Assembly: GCA_963769325.1 (NCBI GenBank)
Contig: CAVYLH010000003.1
Location: 866,391 to 930,390 of the forward strand
Origin: an uncultured Actinomycetota bacterium
GTDB taxonomy: Bacteria > Actinomycetota > Actinomycetes > Propionibacteriales > Propionibacteriaceae
DNA: 64,000 bases
Direction of reading: 5' to 3'
The position numbers were made by a program, and so were the translations under genes. Shown here in pieces: positions 40,150 through 52,577 of the stretch. The notes below the pieces were generated by a model that saw nothing but the letters and a program-made list of their open reading frames with translations, was not told the DNA's origin and searched no databases. Positions within the stretch are counted from its first letter, which is position 1; the number at the start of each line of letters is the position of its first letter.

Positions 40150-41256
40150 TCAGCCCTGACCGAGCAGACGCCGGGCGGCCGACTCGACGCGCTCATCGGA
40201 GGCGGTGAGGGCAACCCTGACGAACCGACGGCCCGACTCGCCGTAGAAATCACCCGGGGCAACCAGAATCCCCAGTCCGGCCAGATGGTCGACACTCGCT
40301 CTGCAATCCTCGCCCCGGGTACACCAAAGATAGAGGGATCCCTCGGAGTGCTCCACCTGATAACCCGCCGCCACCAAGGCTGGCCGCAGCAGCGCCCGAC
40401 GACGTTGGTATCTCTCTCGCTGCGCCGTCACGTGGGCGTCGTCGTTCAGAAGCGCCACCATCGCTGCCTGCACGGGCGTCGGGAGCATCAAGCCGGCGTG
40501 CTTGCTGACCTCGAGCAGCGGCTGAACTACCTGGGGATCGCCGGCCACGAACCCCGCCCGGTAGCCGGCGGCATTGGACCGTTTCGACAGAGAATGCACG
40601 GCTAACAGCCCGTCGAGCGAGCCCATGTTGATGTCGGGGTGAAGCACCGACATCGGTTCGGCATCCCAGCCGAACTCGCCGTAGCACTCATCCGATGCCA
40701 ACACCGCACCGACCGCGCGGGTGGCGCCCACGAAGGCTCGCAGTTGATCCGGGCCGAGAATGTGACCGTGGGGATTGGCCGGTGAATTGATCCACACCAA
40801 GCCGGGTTGAAGAGCCGCCAACGCCTTGGGATCGTCACAGGCCACGACCTCTGCGCCCGCGATCCGGGCACCCACGTCGTAGGTGGGGTACGCAGTCGTA
40901 GGAATGACGACGCGCTGTCCGCGGCCGACCGCCAAGAGCGTCGGGAGCAGGGCGACGAACTCTTTCGTTCCGATCACAGGCAGGACGCCGGACTCGACTA
41001 CTTCGGTCGCGCCCCAACGGCGCCGCAAGTAGCCGATGATGGCCGACCGCAACTCCGGAGTACCCCAAGTCGTTGGGTAACCGGGAGCGTCGGACGCGTC
41101 CGCGAGGGCGCGTCGAGCCAGCTCCGGGGTCGGATCCACCGGCGTCCCCACCGACAGATCCACGATGCCGTCCGGGTGTGCGGTAGCGACGGTTCGGGCT
41201 GCCGCCAGCGAATCCCAGGGAAAGTCAGGCAGCTGCCGCGCGAGCCCGCGGCTCAC
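40150..41256 (-). CDS. dapC: Succinyldiaminopimelate transaminase
   Basis: [49 protein letters not shown]. Confidence 0.93.
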   Translation of the reverse strand: MSRGLARQLPDFPWDSLAAARTVATAHPDGIVDLSVGTPVDPTPELARRALADASDAPGYPTTWGTPELRSAIIGYLRRRWGATEVVESGVLPVIGTKEFVALLPTLLAVGRGQRVVIPTTAYPTYDVGARIAGAEVVACDDPKALAALQPGLVWINSPANPHGHILGPDQLRAFVGATRAVGAVLASDECYGEFGWDAEPMSVLHPDINMGSLDGLLAVHSLSKRSNAAGYRAGFVAGDPQVVQPLLEVSKHAGLMLPTPVQAAMVALLNDDAHVTAQRERYQRRRALLRPALVAAGYQVEHSEGSLYLWCTRGEDCRASVDHLAGLGILVAPGDFYGESGRRFVRVALTASDERVESAARRLLGQG

Positions 41257-41573
41257 TCGCCCTGAGGCGGAAGCGCGGCGACGAGGGGGTGATCTGCGTC
41301 GATGGGACCTAGCTTCGCAGCACCACCCGGCGAGCCGATCTCGTCGAAGAAGTGCACGTTGACGTCGTAGTATTCGGCCTGGTCACCGGGCACGTCGTCT
41401 TCGTAGAAGATCGCCTCGGTTGGGCAGACCGGCTCGCAGGCACCGCAATCCACGCATTCGTCAGGATGGATGTACAGCATCCGGTTGCCTTCATAGATGC
41501 AATCGACCGGACACTCCTCGACACAGGCGAGATCCTTCACGTCCACACAGGGAAGAGTGATGACATAGGTCAT
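41253..41573 (-). CDS. fdxA: 7Fe ferredoxin
   Basis: [29 protein letters not shown]...[12 protein letters not shown]. Confidence 0.96.
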   Translation of the reverse strand: MTYVITLPCVDVKDLACVEECPVDCIYEGNRMLYIHPDECVDCGACEPVCPTEAIFYEDDVPGDQAEYYDVNVHFFDEIGSPGGAAKLGPIDADHPLVAALPPQGE

Positions 41574-41645
41574 GAACCGGCTCCTAGCTAGCGACACTTG
41601 CCGTACTCGGAGCACTCTACAGCGGAGCTGAGAGGATGGGGTGAC

Positions 41646-42152
41646 GTGGCCAGCACAGTTCCCGAACCGGGACGCAGGATCAGTCTCCGTTGCGTCCGAG
41701 ACGACGAGACGGCGGAGCTGGTCGGCTTCGTCCGCTCGATCGACCCCGAGGGGTTGTGGCTACAAGACCGGCGAGGCATGGCGCACCGTCTGGCTTGGGA
41801 TCAGCTGGTGGTCTGGCGACCGGTCGGGGTGGCGCGGGGCCGCGATCCGCTCAGTGCTTCGGTGGCCGAACTCGCGCTGCATGCCCAGGCCGCGGGCGTG
41901 CGTGGCCGGAGCTTCGTAGCCAGGCTGAGTGACCTGCTCGATCATCGGCCGCCTGTTCCGGTGACCCCTCTGGGCACGCCCCCGCCGACTCCAGCCCTGC
42001 TCAGGGGGAGTTGGGTGACCGCGGCGGCCGCTGGTGATCCGATCGAGCTCGGCTGGTGGGCCGCTCACCGCGACGCGCGATCATGCCACTTGGTCACCGA
42101 CGACGCTGACGAGATTGAGCGCCTTATTGCTCTGGGCTTCACCGAGCGCTGA
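41646..42152 (+). CDS. Hypothetical protein
   Basis: Plausible ORF (GRRISLR..ELVGFV..L.LQDRRG) divergent from fdxA. Confidence 0.6.
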   Translation: MASTVPEPGRRISLRCVRDDETAELVGFVRSIDPEGLWLQDRRGMAHRLAWDQLVVWRPVGVARGRDPLSASVAELALHAQAAGVRGRSFVARLSDLLDHRPPVPVTPLGTPPPTPALLRGSWVTAAAAGDPIELGWWAAHRDARSCHLVTDDADEIERLIALGFTER

Positions 42153-42190
42153 GTGATCCGGTCGAGCACGCGGGAGGGCCGTGACGAGAT

Positions 42191-42266
42191 GGGACAAATC
42201 TGCCGCCCAGTCTGCCGCGACCGCCCGGTTCGCCCCGTGACGCGCATCCAGCGGCAGAATTGTCCC
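42191..42266. repeat. 76-bp GGGACA...TGTCCC dispersed element
   Basis: GGGACAAATCTGCCGC...CATCCAGCGGCAGAATTGTCCC; between convergent genes. Confidence 0.8.
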
Positions 42267-42414
42267 GAGTGTCTCGATGTGGTCAGGGAGCGCGGCCTGA
42301 TCACGATCCGAAGCAGGTTCCGATACCTATGAAGGTGCGACGAAGGTGTTCAGCTGGGGCCGCGGCGAGGTTCGGCTGCGCGAGAGATTCCTTGCCGACC
42401 GCCGTCAGGACGGC

Positions 42415-44139
42415 CTACGATCCGGGCTTCTTGCCGCAGACGACCGGGGTCAGGGAGCTGTATCGCCAACTGAATGGCTCCTTGCGAACGAGTTTCTTGC
42501 CCTCGTAGAACAGGCGATAGAACTTCACGTCGAATCCCGTCATCGCGCTCTGCGGCTTGCACCCGGCGGAGTCGTCATAGACCGTCTTTCCCGGAGCCCG
42601 ATAGTTCGAGCGCACCGGCGCCGAAGACTTGATGGTGTACCGCTTGGTCGACCACACCTTCACCGTCACCGAGCCCGACGTACCGGTATGCCCGGTGATC
42701 GAAGCCTGGAGCAGCACGCCATAGTCGGAATCGTTCTTGAACTTCATGTCGACCGACTCCCAGTCGAGGGTCGCCTCCCGCCCGACCGGGTACCGATTGA
42801 AATACAGGGAATGCGGCTTGTGGTAGATGTCCTTCAGGCCGGCGAAGTAGATCGCGTTGAACGTGGTCGTGGTCGCCTGGGAGATCCCGCCGCCCAGCCG
42901 TTCGACGATCTTGCCGCCGTCGATCGCACCCCCCGACATCCAGCCGGCAGCCTTGGTGCGCTTGCCGAGGGCCTGGTTCATGCTGAACACCTCCCCCGGC
43001 TTCAGGAACGTGCCATTGATGAGTTTCGCGGCCTTGCCGATGTTGTTGTACCGGTACGCCGTGCCCGGGAAGTAGGTGGTGAATGCACCGATCACCTTCT
43101 TCACCTGCAGGCGCTCAGCGTCCTTCGTGGTGAAGGACGCGGGTCGCGACGTCACATGCACGCTGACCGACCTGTCGGACGCCTGCGAGAGCACCGGAAC
43201 GACTGCCGCTGCGAGCAGCTTCGGGTCCACCCCCACACCGTCGGCGGACGCGACGATCCTCGGCTTTCCGTTGCTGATCGTGATGGTGGCGTTCCTCGGC
43301 TGCTTCAGCCCCAGGCTCTTGAAGGCACCCACCAGCTTCGCATCGAGCTTCTTGGTGTCGAACACCGGTGCCAGGGCACCGTCCTTCGGCTCGAACGTGA
43401 GGCTCGCTGCGATGACGTCAGGTTTCAGCGTGAGCTTGCCCTTGTCGGCCACCTCCACACTCACCGGGTCCGAGACTGCGGACGCGGCGATTCCCGACAC
43501 CGCGGCATCGGCCTCGGCCGTGGTGATCTGGGGTTCGGCGCTCTCCACCTTCGCTGCCACCTCGGTGGCGTTCAGATAGGCCGCCTTCACCGCAGCGGCC
43601 GTATCGGCGCGGTTGAGATTGATGCCGTCCCTGCCTTCAGTCCGAACGGGAGTCAGGCCGCGATAGGTCACCGCGGCGTCCACGGGCGCCTTGTCGGCCT
43701 TCTCGGCCAGGGAAGCCACCGTGCTGTTCAGTGCGGTTTCGTCCACCTTCACCACGGCGTCGCTGTCCCCGCCACCGATGAGGACGTTGAGGATGGCGAC
43801 CGGATTCCAGCTGCGCCCGCCTCCCGCCTGAGCGACGGAGGCCGCGTAGTCGACCGCGAGACCCGCGTGCGCGGGCTCCACATCGATGCGCTCGGCGCCG
43901 GCGGTGATCCGGATCGGGTCGTCCGCCCGGTCAGCGAGCTCACTCTTCAGCGTCGTTTCGGCGGCGTCGACGGCCATCCCGCCCACCCGGACGCCGCTGA
44001 TCGAGGCGTTGCGGGGCAGGTTGTCTCCGGCAAGGAAATGCCCGGCGACGTAGCCACCGGCACCGAGCACGACCAGCCCGGCGCCGGCGCCGATGGCGAT
44101 CTTCGCAGTGGTGGACAGCTTGGTCTTCGATTGGGCCAC
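42415..44139 (-). CDS. VanW-family protein with peptidoglycan-binding repeats
   Basis: N-terminal TM; LKPGEVFSMN..LG.RT, GGGISQATTT.FNA, HKPHSLYFNRYPVGREAT. Confidence 0.9.
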   Translation of the reverse strand: MAQSKTKLSTTAKIAIGAGAGLVVLGAGGYVAGHFLAGDNLPRNASISGVRVGGMAVDAAETTLKSELADRADDPIRITAGAERIDVEPAHAGLAVDYAASVAQAGGGRSWNPVAILNVLIGGGDSDAVVKVDETALNSTVASLAEKADKAPVDAAVTYRGLTPVRTEGRDGINLNRADTAAAVKAAYLNATEVAAKVESAEPQITTAEADAAVSGIAASAVSDPVSVEVADKGKLTLKPDVIAASLTFEPKDGALAPVFDTKKLDAKLVGAFKSLGLKQPRNATITISNGKPRIVASADGVGVDPKLLAAAVVPVLSQASDRSVSVHVTSRPASFTTKDAERLQVKKVIGAFTTYFPGTAYRYNNIGKAAKLINGTFLKPGEVFSMNQALGKRTKAAGWMSGGAIDGGKIVERLGGGISQATTTTFNAIYFAGLKDIYHKPHSLYFNRYPVGREATLDWESVDMKFKNDSDYGVLLQASITGHTGTSGSVTVKVWSTKRYTIKSSAPVRSNYRAPGKTVYDDSAGCKPQSAMTGFDVKFYRLFYEGKKLVRKEPFSWRYSSLTPVVCGKKPGS

Positions 44140-44172
44140 GGGGGAAAGTCCTCTCGGTACGTCGGCCCCATG

Positions 44173-45117
44173 CTACGTGGCCGGCTCGGCCGTATCCGTC
44201 AGCTCATTCAGGGGCGCCGGCGGAAGACCCAACTGGGAGACGACGATCCCGGTGATCATGAGAGCCGCACCGAGGTATCCCCGGAGCCCCATGAACTCAC
44301 CCAGCAGCAGCGCTCCACCGAGGGCGCCGAACACCGACTCCGCCGCCATGATCAGGGACGCGTGGGTCGCCAGCGCATGTCTCTGACCCACGACCTGCAG
44401 GGTGTAGGCGATGCCCACCGACACCAGGCCGCCGTACAGCAGGGGTACTGGTGCCTGCGTCAGCCCGGTAAACGGAGCTTCCTCGAACACCAGAGCGGCC
44501 CCTCCGCTCAGCACGGCGCAGGTCAGGAACTGCGCCGCCGCGAATCGCAGGGCGGACAGTCTGGTGCTGTAGTGCTCGATCACCAGGATCTGCACCGCCC
44601 AGAAGACGGTGGAGATGATCAGCAGCAGCTCGCCGCGACCGATCGTGAGGTCGTCGGTGACGCTGATCAGGTAGAGCCCGATCATCGACGCCGCCACCCC
44701 CAGCACCGTGGCGACGCTGCTGCGATGACCACGGAAAGCAGCGATGACGGGCACGATCACCATGTAGAGCCCGGTGATGAAAGCGGCGTTGCCGGCCGGG
44801 GTGTCGCTCATGGCACCCTGCTGGAGATTCACGGCGATGGCCAGGAGCAGCCCGGTGAACAGGCCGGGCAGCAGGACAGCCACGGTTGCTGCCCGACGCA
44901 CGGACGGCGACACTCCGCGGACGCGGTCACGAACGCGGATCAGGGGGAGCAGGACCAGCGCGCCCAGTGCGAACCGCACCGCGGTGAAGGTGAATGGGCC
45001 GACATGGTCGGCGCCGACCCGCTGCGCCACGAACGCGAAGCCCCACAGCGCGGAGGCCAGCAGCAGCGCGCCGTTCGCGCGCAGCCGCTGGCCCGCGGTG
45101 CTGGCCCGACGGCTCAG
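44173..45117 (-). CDS. DMT/EamA-family transporter (probable CTG start overlapping the tkt stop)
   Basis: ANGALLLASALWGFAFVAQR.G..HVGPFTF..VRF, AGNAAFITGLY, IAYTLQVVGQ, ESVFGAL. Confidence 0.88.
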   Translation of the reverse strand: MSRRASTAGQRLRANGALLLASALWGFAFVAQRVGADHVGPFTFTAVRFALGALVLLPLIRVRDRVRGVSPSVRRAATVAVLLPGLFTGLLLAIAVNLQQGAMSDTPAGNAAFITGLYMVIVPVIAAFRGHRSSVATVLGVAASMIGLYLISVTDDLTIGRGELLLIISTVFWAVQILVIEHYSTRLSALRFAAAQFLTCAVLSGGAALVFEEAPFTGLTQAPVPLLYGGLVSVGIAYTLQVVGQRHALATHASLIMAAESVFGALGGALLLGEFMGLRGYLGAALMITGIVVSQLGLPPAPLNELTDTAEPAT

Positions 45118-47205
45118 GGTCGGAGCCGGCCGAGAGCGGTCCTCGCGTGGCGTGCGACGTTCTCGGCGGTGAACCCGTACTTGGTGAACAGCAGGGCGCC
45201 GGCCGCCGATTCGCCGAAGTGGTCGATGGCGACGATCTCGCCGGCGTCACCGACGTACTCGCGCCAGCCCATGGCGACGCCCGCCTCGACCGACACCTTC
45301 GCGGTTCCCACGGGCAATACCTGCTCGCGGTACTCGATCGGTTGGCTGTTGAACCACTCGATGCACGGCATCGACACCACCCGGGTGCCGATGCCCTCGG
45401 CCTGCAGCAGGTCGCGGGCAGCCAGCGCCACCTCGACCTCCGAACCGGTGGCGATCAGTACGACCTTCAGCTCGCCGTCGGCGTCGACCAGGGTGTAGCC
45501 GCCCTGGGCCAGCTCGACCGCGGGTGCAAAGCCGGGCGATCACGGTCGACGGTCAGCAGGTCCTGGCGGGACAGGATGATCGCCGAGGGACGGTCGGTGT
45601 GCGCCAGTGCCAGCGCCCACGCCTGCGCGGTCTCGTTGGCGTCCGCCGGACGGATCACGTCGAGCCCCGGGATCGCCCGCAGACTGGCGAGGTGCTCGAT
45701 CGGCTGGTGGGTCGGGCCGTCCTCGCCGACGCCGATCGAGTCGTGACGTCCAGACGAAGATGGACGGCATCTTCTGCAGTGCCGCCAGCCGCACCGCGCC
45801 GCGCATGTAGTCGGCGAACACCAGGAACGTGCCGCCGTAAGCCGCGGGTCAGGCCCGACAGCGGTGATGCGCGTTGATGATGTTGCCCATGGCGTGCTCG
45901 CGAATTCCGAAGTGCAGCGTTCGTCCGCTGTAGTCGCCCTTGAAGTCATGAGTGGACTGCTCCGGGTGGCAGGAAGGACTTCTGCCCCTTCATCGTGGTG
46001 TTGTTCGACCCGGCCAGATCGGCAGAACCGCCCCACAGCTCCGGCACTACGTCGGCGAGAGCGTTCAGCACCTCACCCGAGGCGGCCCGGGTTGACATCT
46101 TCCCGGCCGGGAAGACCGGCAAGCACCACCGAGAGGTCGGGCAGTTCGCCGGCGGCGAGTCGGTCGTAGCAGCGCAGCCTGATCAGGGTTGTTGGCCCGC
46201 CAGGCGTCGAACTTGGGCTGCCACTCGGCCTTGGCGGCAGCGGCCCGTGCGACGGCCTGCTCACGGGTGTGGGCCAGCACCTCGGGCTCCACGGCGAAGG
46301 TGGCGGTGGGGTCGAAGCCCAGCTGCGCCTTGAGCGCGGCGATCTCCTCACCACCGAGCTTGGCGCCGTGCACGCTGTGATTGCCGGCCTTCGTCGGCAG
46401 CGGCCATCCGATGACGGTGGTGAGCTTGATGAAGGATGGGCGGTCGGTGACGCGCCTTCGCCGCCTCGATCGCGTCTTCGAGCGCCTGCACGTTCTCGGT
46501 GTAGCCGGTACCGCCGTTGGTCCAGTCCACGTGCTGCACGTGCCAGCCGTACGCTGCGTACCGGGCCGCGACATCCTCGGTGAACGCGATCTGGGTCTCC
46601 GCCCTCGATGGAGATGCGGTTGTCGTCATAGATCAGGACCAGATTGCCCAGCTTCTGCGCGCCGGCCAGGATCGACGCCTCCGACGCCACTCCCTCCTGC
46701 ATGCAGCCGTCGCCGGCGATGCAGAACACCGTCCGGTCGAAGACGCTGGGTTGATCCCAGCGGCGTGCTCGGGTCCAACAACGCCCGCTCGCGTCGGGCA
46801 GCCATCGCGAAGCCCACGGCGTTCGCCACCCCGGCCCCCAGCGGACCCGTCGTGGCACTCGACCCCGTGGGTGTGCCCGAACTCCGGATGCCCCGGGGTC
46901 AGGGAGCCCTCGGTCCGCAAGGACGCGAGATCGGTGACCTCCAATCCGTAGCCGGCCAGGAACAACTGGCAGTACTGCGTCAGGGAGGAGTGTCCCGCCG
47001 ACAAGCACGAACCGGTCCCGGCCCAACCACTTCGGATCCGCCGGATCGCCCTTCATCACCTTCTGGTACAGCAGATAGGCCGCCGGAGCCAACGAGATCG
47101 CCGTCCCAGGATGACCGTTACCCACCTTCTCCACCGCATCCGCAGCCAGAATCCTGGCGGTGTCCACCGCCGCTGGTCTAGGTCCGTCCAAGTGAAATCG
47201 GTCAT
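45114..47205 (-). CDS. tkt: Transketolase with many frameshifts (probably sequence errors)
   Basis: Segments in different frames: [93 protein letters not shown]. Confidence 0.9.
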
Positions 47206-47314
47206 CGACGGCCTTCCTCAGTGTGGTTTGAAACGTGTCAATGTTGGCTATTTCGAGTCGGACCCTAGCTTTCCACATTCGACCCCCGACGAGCGCCGGG
47301 CCCTCTGGGGTGAG

Positions 47315-49999
47315 TCAGCGTGGGCGGACGAAGACCGCCGCCGTCAACGCCGGGACCGTGATCCAGTCCGGCCCCACCTCACACGCACGAACCACATCGT
47401 CCGCTCCCTCGACCTGGACGGGGTGCAACCGGTAGCCGCTCAGGTCGGCGTCCAGGCTCTGCCGGACCAGCCACCCGGTCGCGTTGAACACCGTGATCAG
47501 GCCGGACCAGCGTTCGTCCACCGGGTCAACGATGTCATCGATGGCGAGCACCACCACGCCCGGCATCTGGTGCCAGGTGTTGGCCGCGGGGAACGAAACC
47601 TTCGCGCGAATCCGCTCCGCGCTACCCAGGCGGAACAGCCTCGTGGACGCGCGCAGCCGCAGGAGGTCGAGTGCTTGATCGTGCGCCCGCCGGATGTCGG
47701 CCGGATTCGGCTTCAGGCGGGGATCGGCCAACAGCGGGGCCAGCACCTGCCAGTGGTGACCGTTGTCACGCTCGGGGGGAAGGCCGGCCGCGAAGCCGTT
47801 GTCGGTCATCGTGAAGTCGAGGAAGTTGAACCAGTCGCCGGAGTTGTAGGAGTTCCGGTCCAGACTCTTGCTGCGCAGCATGTCCGTGCCGGCGTGCCAC
47901 AGCACGGGGCTCTGGCCCAGGGTTGCCAGCGCAAGACAGACCGCGTTGCGCCGCACCCTGTGCGCCATCGGGGTGGCCGGGTGCAGCTTCAGCGTCAAGG
48001 CGTCGAACAGGGTTTCGTTGTCGTGTGCGTCGATGTAGCTGATCACGTCACCGGGTTGGTCGGCGTAACCGGCGGGGCGGCCCCCGAAGTCGAGCTCCTG
48101 CCCGCTCAACCACAGATGGTGCTGGTTCGAACCGAACCGCACATCCCGCAGGGTCCCGGCGAGACCTAGCTGGATCAGGTCGGTGTACCAGGCGAGCCGT
48201 TCCCCCTGCGTTCGCTGGTCGCCGTTGACGCCCCTGCCGTTGTCGGAGGTCAGCAGACCGGTCCCGAAGCCCTGGCAGCGAGGGTCACCGTCCCAGGAGG
48301 ACCGCCGCGGACGGCGTCCCTCAGCCGATCGGAGAAGGTGGCGATACCAGTGCCACCCAGTTGCCCCTGGGTGGCCTGCACGAAGCGGGCGTTGTCGGCG
48401 ACCTCGCCGAAGTTCCAGCCCTCGCCGTACAAGGTGATCGCCCGCCCGTCCACCCCGTCGGCTTCGAGGGTGAGGGCATCCAGAGCCTCCCGGACGGCGA
48501 TCAAGTTCGCGCGACTGTGGTGGCCCATCAGGTCGAACCGGAAACCGTCGACCCGGTAGTACCGCGCCCAGTGCACACACGCGTCCACCATCAGTCGCTG
48601 GGCCATCAGGTGCTCGGTGGCCACGTTCGCGCAGCAGGTCGACGTCTCCACCGCGCCGGTTTCGGACAACCGGTGGTAGTAGCCGGGCACGATCCGATCG
48701 AGCACGGACTTGTTGTCCTGGCCCGAGCTCGCGGTGTGGTTGAAGACCTGGTCGAGCACCACCCGCAGGCCGATCGCGTGGAAGGCCGCAACCATCGTCA
48801 CGGCACTCGGCCACCCGTCCGGCCCCGTCCGCACTGGCCAAGGTGGAGGAGTAGGACCCCTCAGGGGCGAAGTAGTGCCACGGGTCGTAGCCCCAGTTGA
48901 AGCCGCTGCGCCCGCCCAGCTCGTGGACGTGTCGTTGTTGTTCGGGGCTGTCGGGCGGGAGATCCTTCAGCCGGTCCTTGGGTGGGCTGACCTGCAGGCC
49001 GGGATGCTCCTCGACAGTCGCGTTGTCGAACAGCGGCAGCAGCTGGACGGTGTTCAAGCCCGCTTGCGCCAGGCGTCGGAGATGGGCCATACCGGCGCTG
49101 TCCACGGTGGGGGCGAGGAAGCTGCCGCGCAGATGCGTCGGCACGGTGGAGTCAGAGATCGAGAAGTCACGCAGATGGAGCTCGTAGATGACCTGGTCCA
49201 CGGGGTCGACCAGCCTGGGCGCCTGGGTGTGCGTCCATTGGTCCGGAGCCAGCTCGGGGGCCGACAGGTCGACCAGCACCGAATGGGTCGAGTTCACCGT
49301 GAGGGCCTGCGAGTAGGGGTCGGTGACCTGGTTCACCACGACCCGCCCATGCTGCGGGGTGTAGACGGTGACTTCGAAGCGGTACCGCATTCCGACCCAG
49401 TCGGCGCTGCCGGTCACGATCCAGGTGCCGTCGGGCGCCGGAAGCATCCGATGACGCTCACCGGGGCCGTGAAGGTCGGCGTCCGGAGCCCAGAGGTGCA
49501 AGAACACCGACCGAGCGGTGGGTGCCCACAACCGCAGGGTGGGTGTGCCGAGGTGCCAGACCGGTCCGAGTAGCGCATCGGCCGCAGCAGCGTAGAGATC
49601 ATCGAGCACTCCCGGCAGCTGGACCTGACCCACGCTCACCAGCCGCCCCGAGGGCAGGTGCGCGCTGACCTCGATCTGACAGCGCAGCGCCTCCGCGGTC
49701 TCGGCACGCATCTGGGGCGCGGGCCGGAGGGCGAGCAGCGTGGCCAGGTGCGGGTATTGCTCAGCCACGTCGGGCGGAATGCCGGCCGGGTCGAACCGCA
49801 GGGTGGACGTGTCCCAGGGAACCGGTTCGCTGGCGGTGGGGTCGATCTGGCCGACAGCCGACCAGTGCAGCCGCCAGTCGAGCCCGGCAGGGTCGAGCCC
49901 GGGAGGCAGGAGGTGGAGTGGCCAGCCGATCAGGTCGGTGCGCAGCCAATGCCCCGGGGCCTCGGCGAGACCCGCGACCACCTCGTCGGGACGGAGCAC
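47315..49999 (-). CDS. pulA: Pullulanase-type alpha-1,6-glucosidase (GH13) with compensating frameshifts near 48800 and 48300
   Basis: [32 protein letters not shown]. The catalytic segment DQVFNHT...[11 protein letters not shown]...YGEGWNFGE is in the alternative frame (ORF 48250-48834). Then [29 protein letters not shown]. Confidence 0.9.
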   Translation of the reverse strand: MLRPDEVVAGLAEAPGHWLRTDLIGWPLHLLPPGLDPAGLDWRLHWSAVGQIDPTASEPVPWDTSTLRFDPAGIPPDVAEQYPHLATLLALRPAPQMRAETAEALRCQIEVSAHLPSGRLVSVGQVQLPGVLDDLYAAAADALLGPVWHLGTPTLRLWAPTARSVFLHLWAPDADLHGPGERHRMLPAPDGTWIVTGSADWVGMRYRFEVTVYTPQHGRVVVNQVTDPYSQALTVNSTHSVLVDLSAPELAPDQWTHTQAPRLVDPVDQVIYELHLRDFSISDSTVPTHLRGSFLAPTVDSAGMAHLRRLAQAGLNTVQLLPLFDNATVEEHPGLQVSPPKDRLKDLPPDSPEQQRHVHELGGRSGFNWGYDPWHYFAPEGSYSSTLASADGAGRVAECRDDGCGLPRDRPAGGARPGLQPHRELGPGQQVRARSDRARLLPPVVRNRRGGDVDLLRERGHRAPDGPATDGGRVCALGAVLPGRRFPVRPDGPPQSRELDRRPGGSGCPHPRSRRGGRAGDHLVRRGLELRRGRRQRPLRAGHPGATGWHWYRHLLRSAEGRRPRRSSWDGDPRCQGFGTGLLTSDNGRGVNGDQRTQGERLAWYTDLIQLGLAGTLRDVRFGSNQHHLWLSGQELDFGGRPAGYADQPGDVISYIDAHDNETLFDALTLKLHPATPMAHRVRRNAVCLALATLGQSPVLWHAGTDMLRSKSLDRNSYNSGDWFNFLDFTMTDNGFAAGLPPERDNGHHWQVLAPLLADPRLKPNPADIRRAHDQALDLLRLRASTRLFRLGSAERIRAKVSFPAANTWHQMPGVVVLAIDDIVDPVDERWSGLITVFNATGWLVRQSLDADLSGYRLHPVQVEGADDVVRACEVGPDWITVPALTAAVFVRPR

Positions 50000-50107
50000 A
50001 TCCCGATTGTGCCACCCAGTGGCCCTGAGATGAGTTCCCACTCGCGCTGCGAGGGCTGAGAACGGCTGGGCCGACCGGTCACGGCAAAGGGGTGGTGTGC
50101 TTCCTTC

Positions 50108-50184
50108 GGGACAAAACCGCCACGCCATCACAGCGACTCCCCCTCGCACGCCCGGTCGGGGCGGCCCCGGGGCAGTAATGTCCC
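50108..50184. repeat. 77-bp GGGACA...TGTCCC dispersed element
   Basis: GGGACAAAACCGCC...GGGGCAGTAATGTCCC; intergenic. Confidence 0.78.
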
Positions 50185-50237
50185 ACCATCACTGCCTCTG
50201 CCCGTGGACGGCCCCAGACTCCCGGCGGCGCGGCTCG

Positions 50238-52044
50238 TCAGCGGTTCAGGTGGGCGTAGCGCCCGTCGGTGGCCAGCAGTTCCTCGTGGCGGCCCCGCTC
50301 GACGATCCGGCCTCCGTCGAGCACCACGATCTGATCCGAGTTGCGGACGGTGCTCAGTCGGTGCGCGATCGTCACGGTGGTCCGCCCTGCCATCAGGTGC
50401 TCGAGTGCTTCCTGAAGATCCCGCTCGGTATCGGTGTCCAAAGCTGAAGTGGCTTCGTCAAGGACGAGGATCGGCGGATTGACCAACAGTGTGCGCGCGA
50501 TCGCGAGGCGCTGGCGCTCGCCGCCGCTGAATCTGTGACCACGCGCCCCCACCACTGTCTCCAGTCCGTCGGGGAGCGAGGCGATCACTTCATCCACCTG
50601 CGCGGCGGCCAGCGCCGACCACAGTTCGGCGTCGCTGGCCCCCGGCGCCGCCTGTCTGAGGTTCGCAGCGATCGTGGTGTGCGCCAAGTAGGTCTCCTGC
50701 GTCACCATTCCGATGATCCGGGTGCGATCGGCCGCAGCGATGCGGCGCAGATCCACGCCGTCGATGGTGACACGCCCTCGGGTCGGATCGGCGAGCCGAA
50801 CCAGCGAGCGCGGCCAGCGTCGACTTCCCCGAGCCGGTCTCTCCCACGACTGCGATCGATTCGCCACTGGCGACGGTCAGGCTGAGATCGGTCAGCGCAT
50901 CGACGGAACCGTCTGGGAACCGATAGCTCACCCCTTCGAAACGAATCTCGCCGCGCACCTGGCTTGGGTCGAGACGGACCGGGTGTGCCGGCTCCACCAC
51001 CTCGATGGGGAGGTCGAGATACCCGAAGATCCGGCTGAGCAGCGCCATTGACGCGACCCACTGAGCACCGATGTTGAGCAGTCCCATGATCGGACGGAAG
51101 ATCGACGTCTGCAGGCTCGCGAATGCGATCAGGGTCCCGATCGTCAGGTCGCCCGACACCGCGGGAAAGCCCGCCATGAGGTAGAGCAGGGCCGGGATCG
51201 CGGCGAACACGATGCCCATCGTCGCCATTCGCCAACGGCCGGCGAGTTGCGAGCGCACTTCGAGGTCGATCAGGCGTGCCGACGTGGCGTCGAACTGAGC
51301 GACGTTCGCCTGGCCGCTGCCCAGGGTCTTGGCCAGGAGGGCCCCGTTGATGCTGAGCGCTTCCTCGACCTCGGTGTGCAGTTCAGAGAGGGCGCGCTGC
51401 CTGGCCATGGTGAGGTCACGGCGCACGAGGGCGACTCGACGCGTGAGCAGGATGGACGGCGGTAGCACGATCAGCGACAACAACGACAATCGCCAGTTCA
51501 GGGCCGCCATCGCGACCGCGGTGGCAATCGTCGTGGTGAGGTTCGACGCGATCGAGGTGGCGGTGCTGGTGACGACCGATTGCAGGCCGGCCACGTCTTG
51601 CAACAGCCGTGACTGGATGTCGCCCCCTCGGGTGCGCTTGAAGAACGCGATCGACTGCGCCTGTAGGTGGGTGAAGACCCGAACCCGCAGGTCGTGCATC
51701 ACCCGTTGGCCCATCGAGGTGGCAAGCCACGTCTGCCAGACGCCGAGGACGCCGGTGACGGCCGCCACGGCCACCATCCCGACGACGAGCCACACCAACA
51801 GCCGAGTGTTGCCGGATGGGAGCGCGTCGTCGATCACGGCGCGCAGAAGGAAGGGTTGCGCCAGCCCCACCACCGAAGCGATCACGATGATCGCGGTGAC
51901 CGCGGCGCCTTCCCAGTGATGTCCGCGGAACAGCCCCGCGACCCGGCCGAGACTGACCGGAGATTCGGCCAGTTGGACGCGGTCGGCGAGGCTGATCCGG
52001 GCTGGTCCGCCATGAAACTCGGGACCGGGTTGGATCTCTGCCAT
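50238..52044 (-). CDS. ABC exporter (fused permease/ATPase), frameshift near 50810
   Basis: TM domain, Walker A GETGSGKS, then in the next frame DPTRGRV, GHRFSGGERQR, LVLDEATSALD, IAHRLST. Confidence 0.9.
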
Positions 52045-52060
52045 CAGACCTCCGATATAG

Positions 52061-52073
52061 TGAGGTAACCACA
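52061..52073. promoter_or_regulatory. Candidate MarR operator
   Basis: Imperfect palindrome TGAGGTAACCACA in the 49-bp divergent intergenic region. Confidence 0.45.
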
Positions 52074-52093
52074 GCATATAAGGGTCGGAGATC

Positions 52094-52519
52094 ATGCAGA
52101 TATTCCCCGAGTCACTCGCCGAGGCGTTTCTCCGAGTCTCCCGGCAACTGCGTCGCGAGACCCAGCGCCGTACCGCCCCCCTCGGCTTGAACCCGCACCA
52201 GGCCCGCGCGCTTCGGGTCGTCGGTGAGGCCGGCCCGCTACGCCCGTCCGAGCTTGCCGCCCGGCTGGGCATCATGGCCCGCTCCGCCACCGATTCGGTA
52301 TCCGGCCTGGTCTCAGCCGGATTCGTGGAGCGGCGATTCGACCCCGCGGACGGACGCGCCCACCTGCTCGCCCTGTCCCCGTCCGGCAGCGCGGCCTTGG
52401 CGGAGGCCACCCGGATCCGCGCGGAGGTGGCCGAAGCGTTCTTCGGTCGGCTCGAACCGTCCGATCAGTCCGACTTGGCCCGCATTCTCGCTCGTCTCGA
52501 CGTCAGTGCCGACCTCTAG
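52094..52519 (+). CDS. MarR-family regulator
   Basis: GLNPHQARAL, LRPSELAARL, LVSAGFVERR.DPADGR. Confidence 0.92.
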   Translation: MQIFPESLAEAFLRVSRQLRRETQRRTAPLGLNPHQARALRVVGEAGPLRPSELAARLGIMARSATDSVSGLVSAGFVERRFDPADGRAHLLALSPSGSAALAEATRIRAEVAEAFFGRLEPSDQSDLARILARLDVSADL

Positions 52520-52577
52520 ACTGCAACCTGCGACGAGGAGGTGAGCACACTGCTGGAGCGGTTCGGGGCCAGAGGGA

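Noticed and set aside
42346-45498. 1050-aa plus-strand ORF
   Set aside because: Antisense to VanW, DMT and tkt; no recognisable motifs.
48300-48800. Programmed frameshifting or a novel insert in pullulanase
   Set aside because: The canonical catalytic segment is in the other frame, no slippery site was seen, and it lies in an indel-rich zone.
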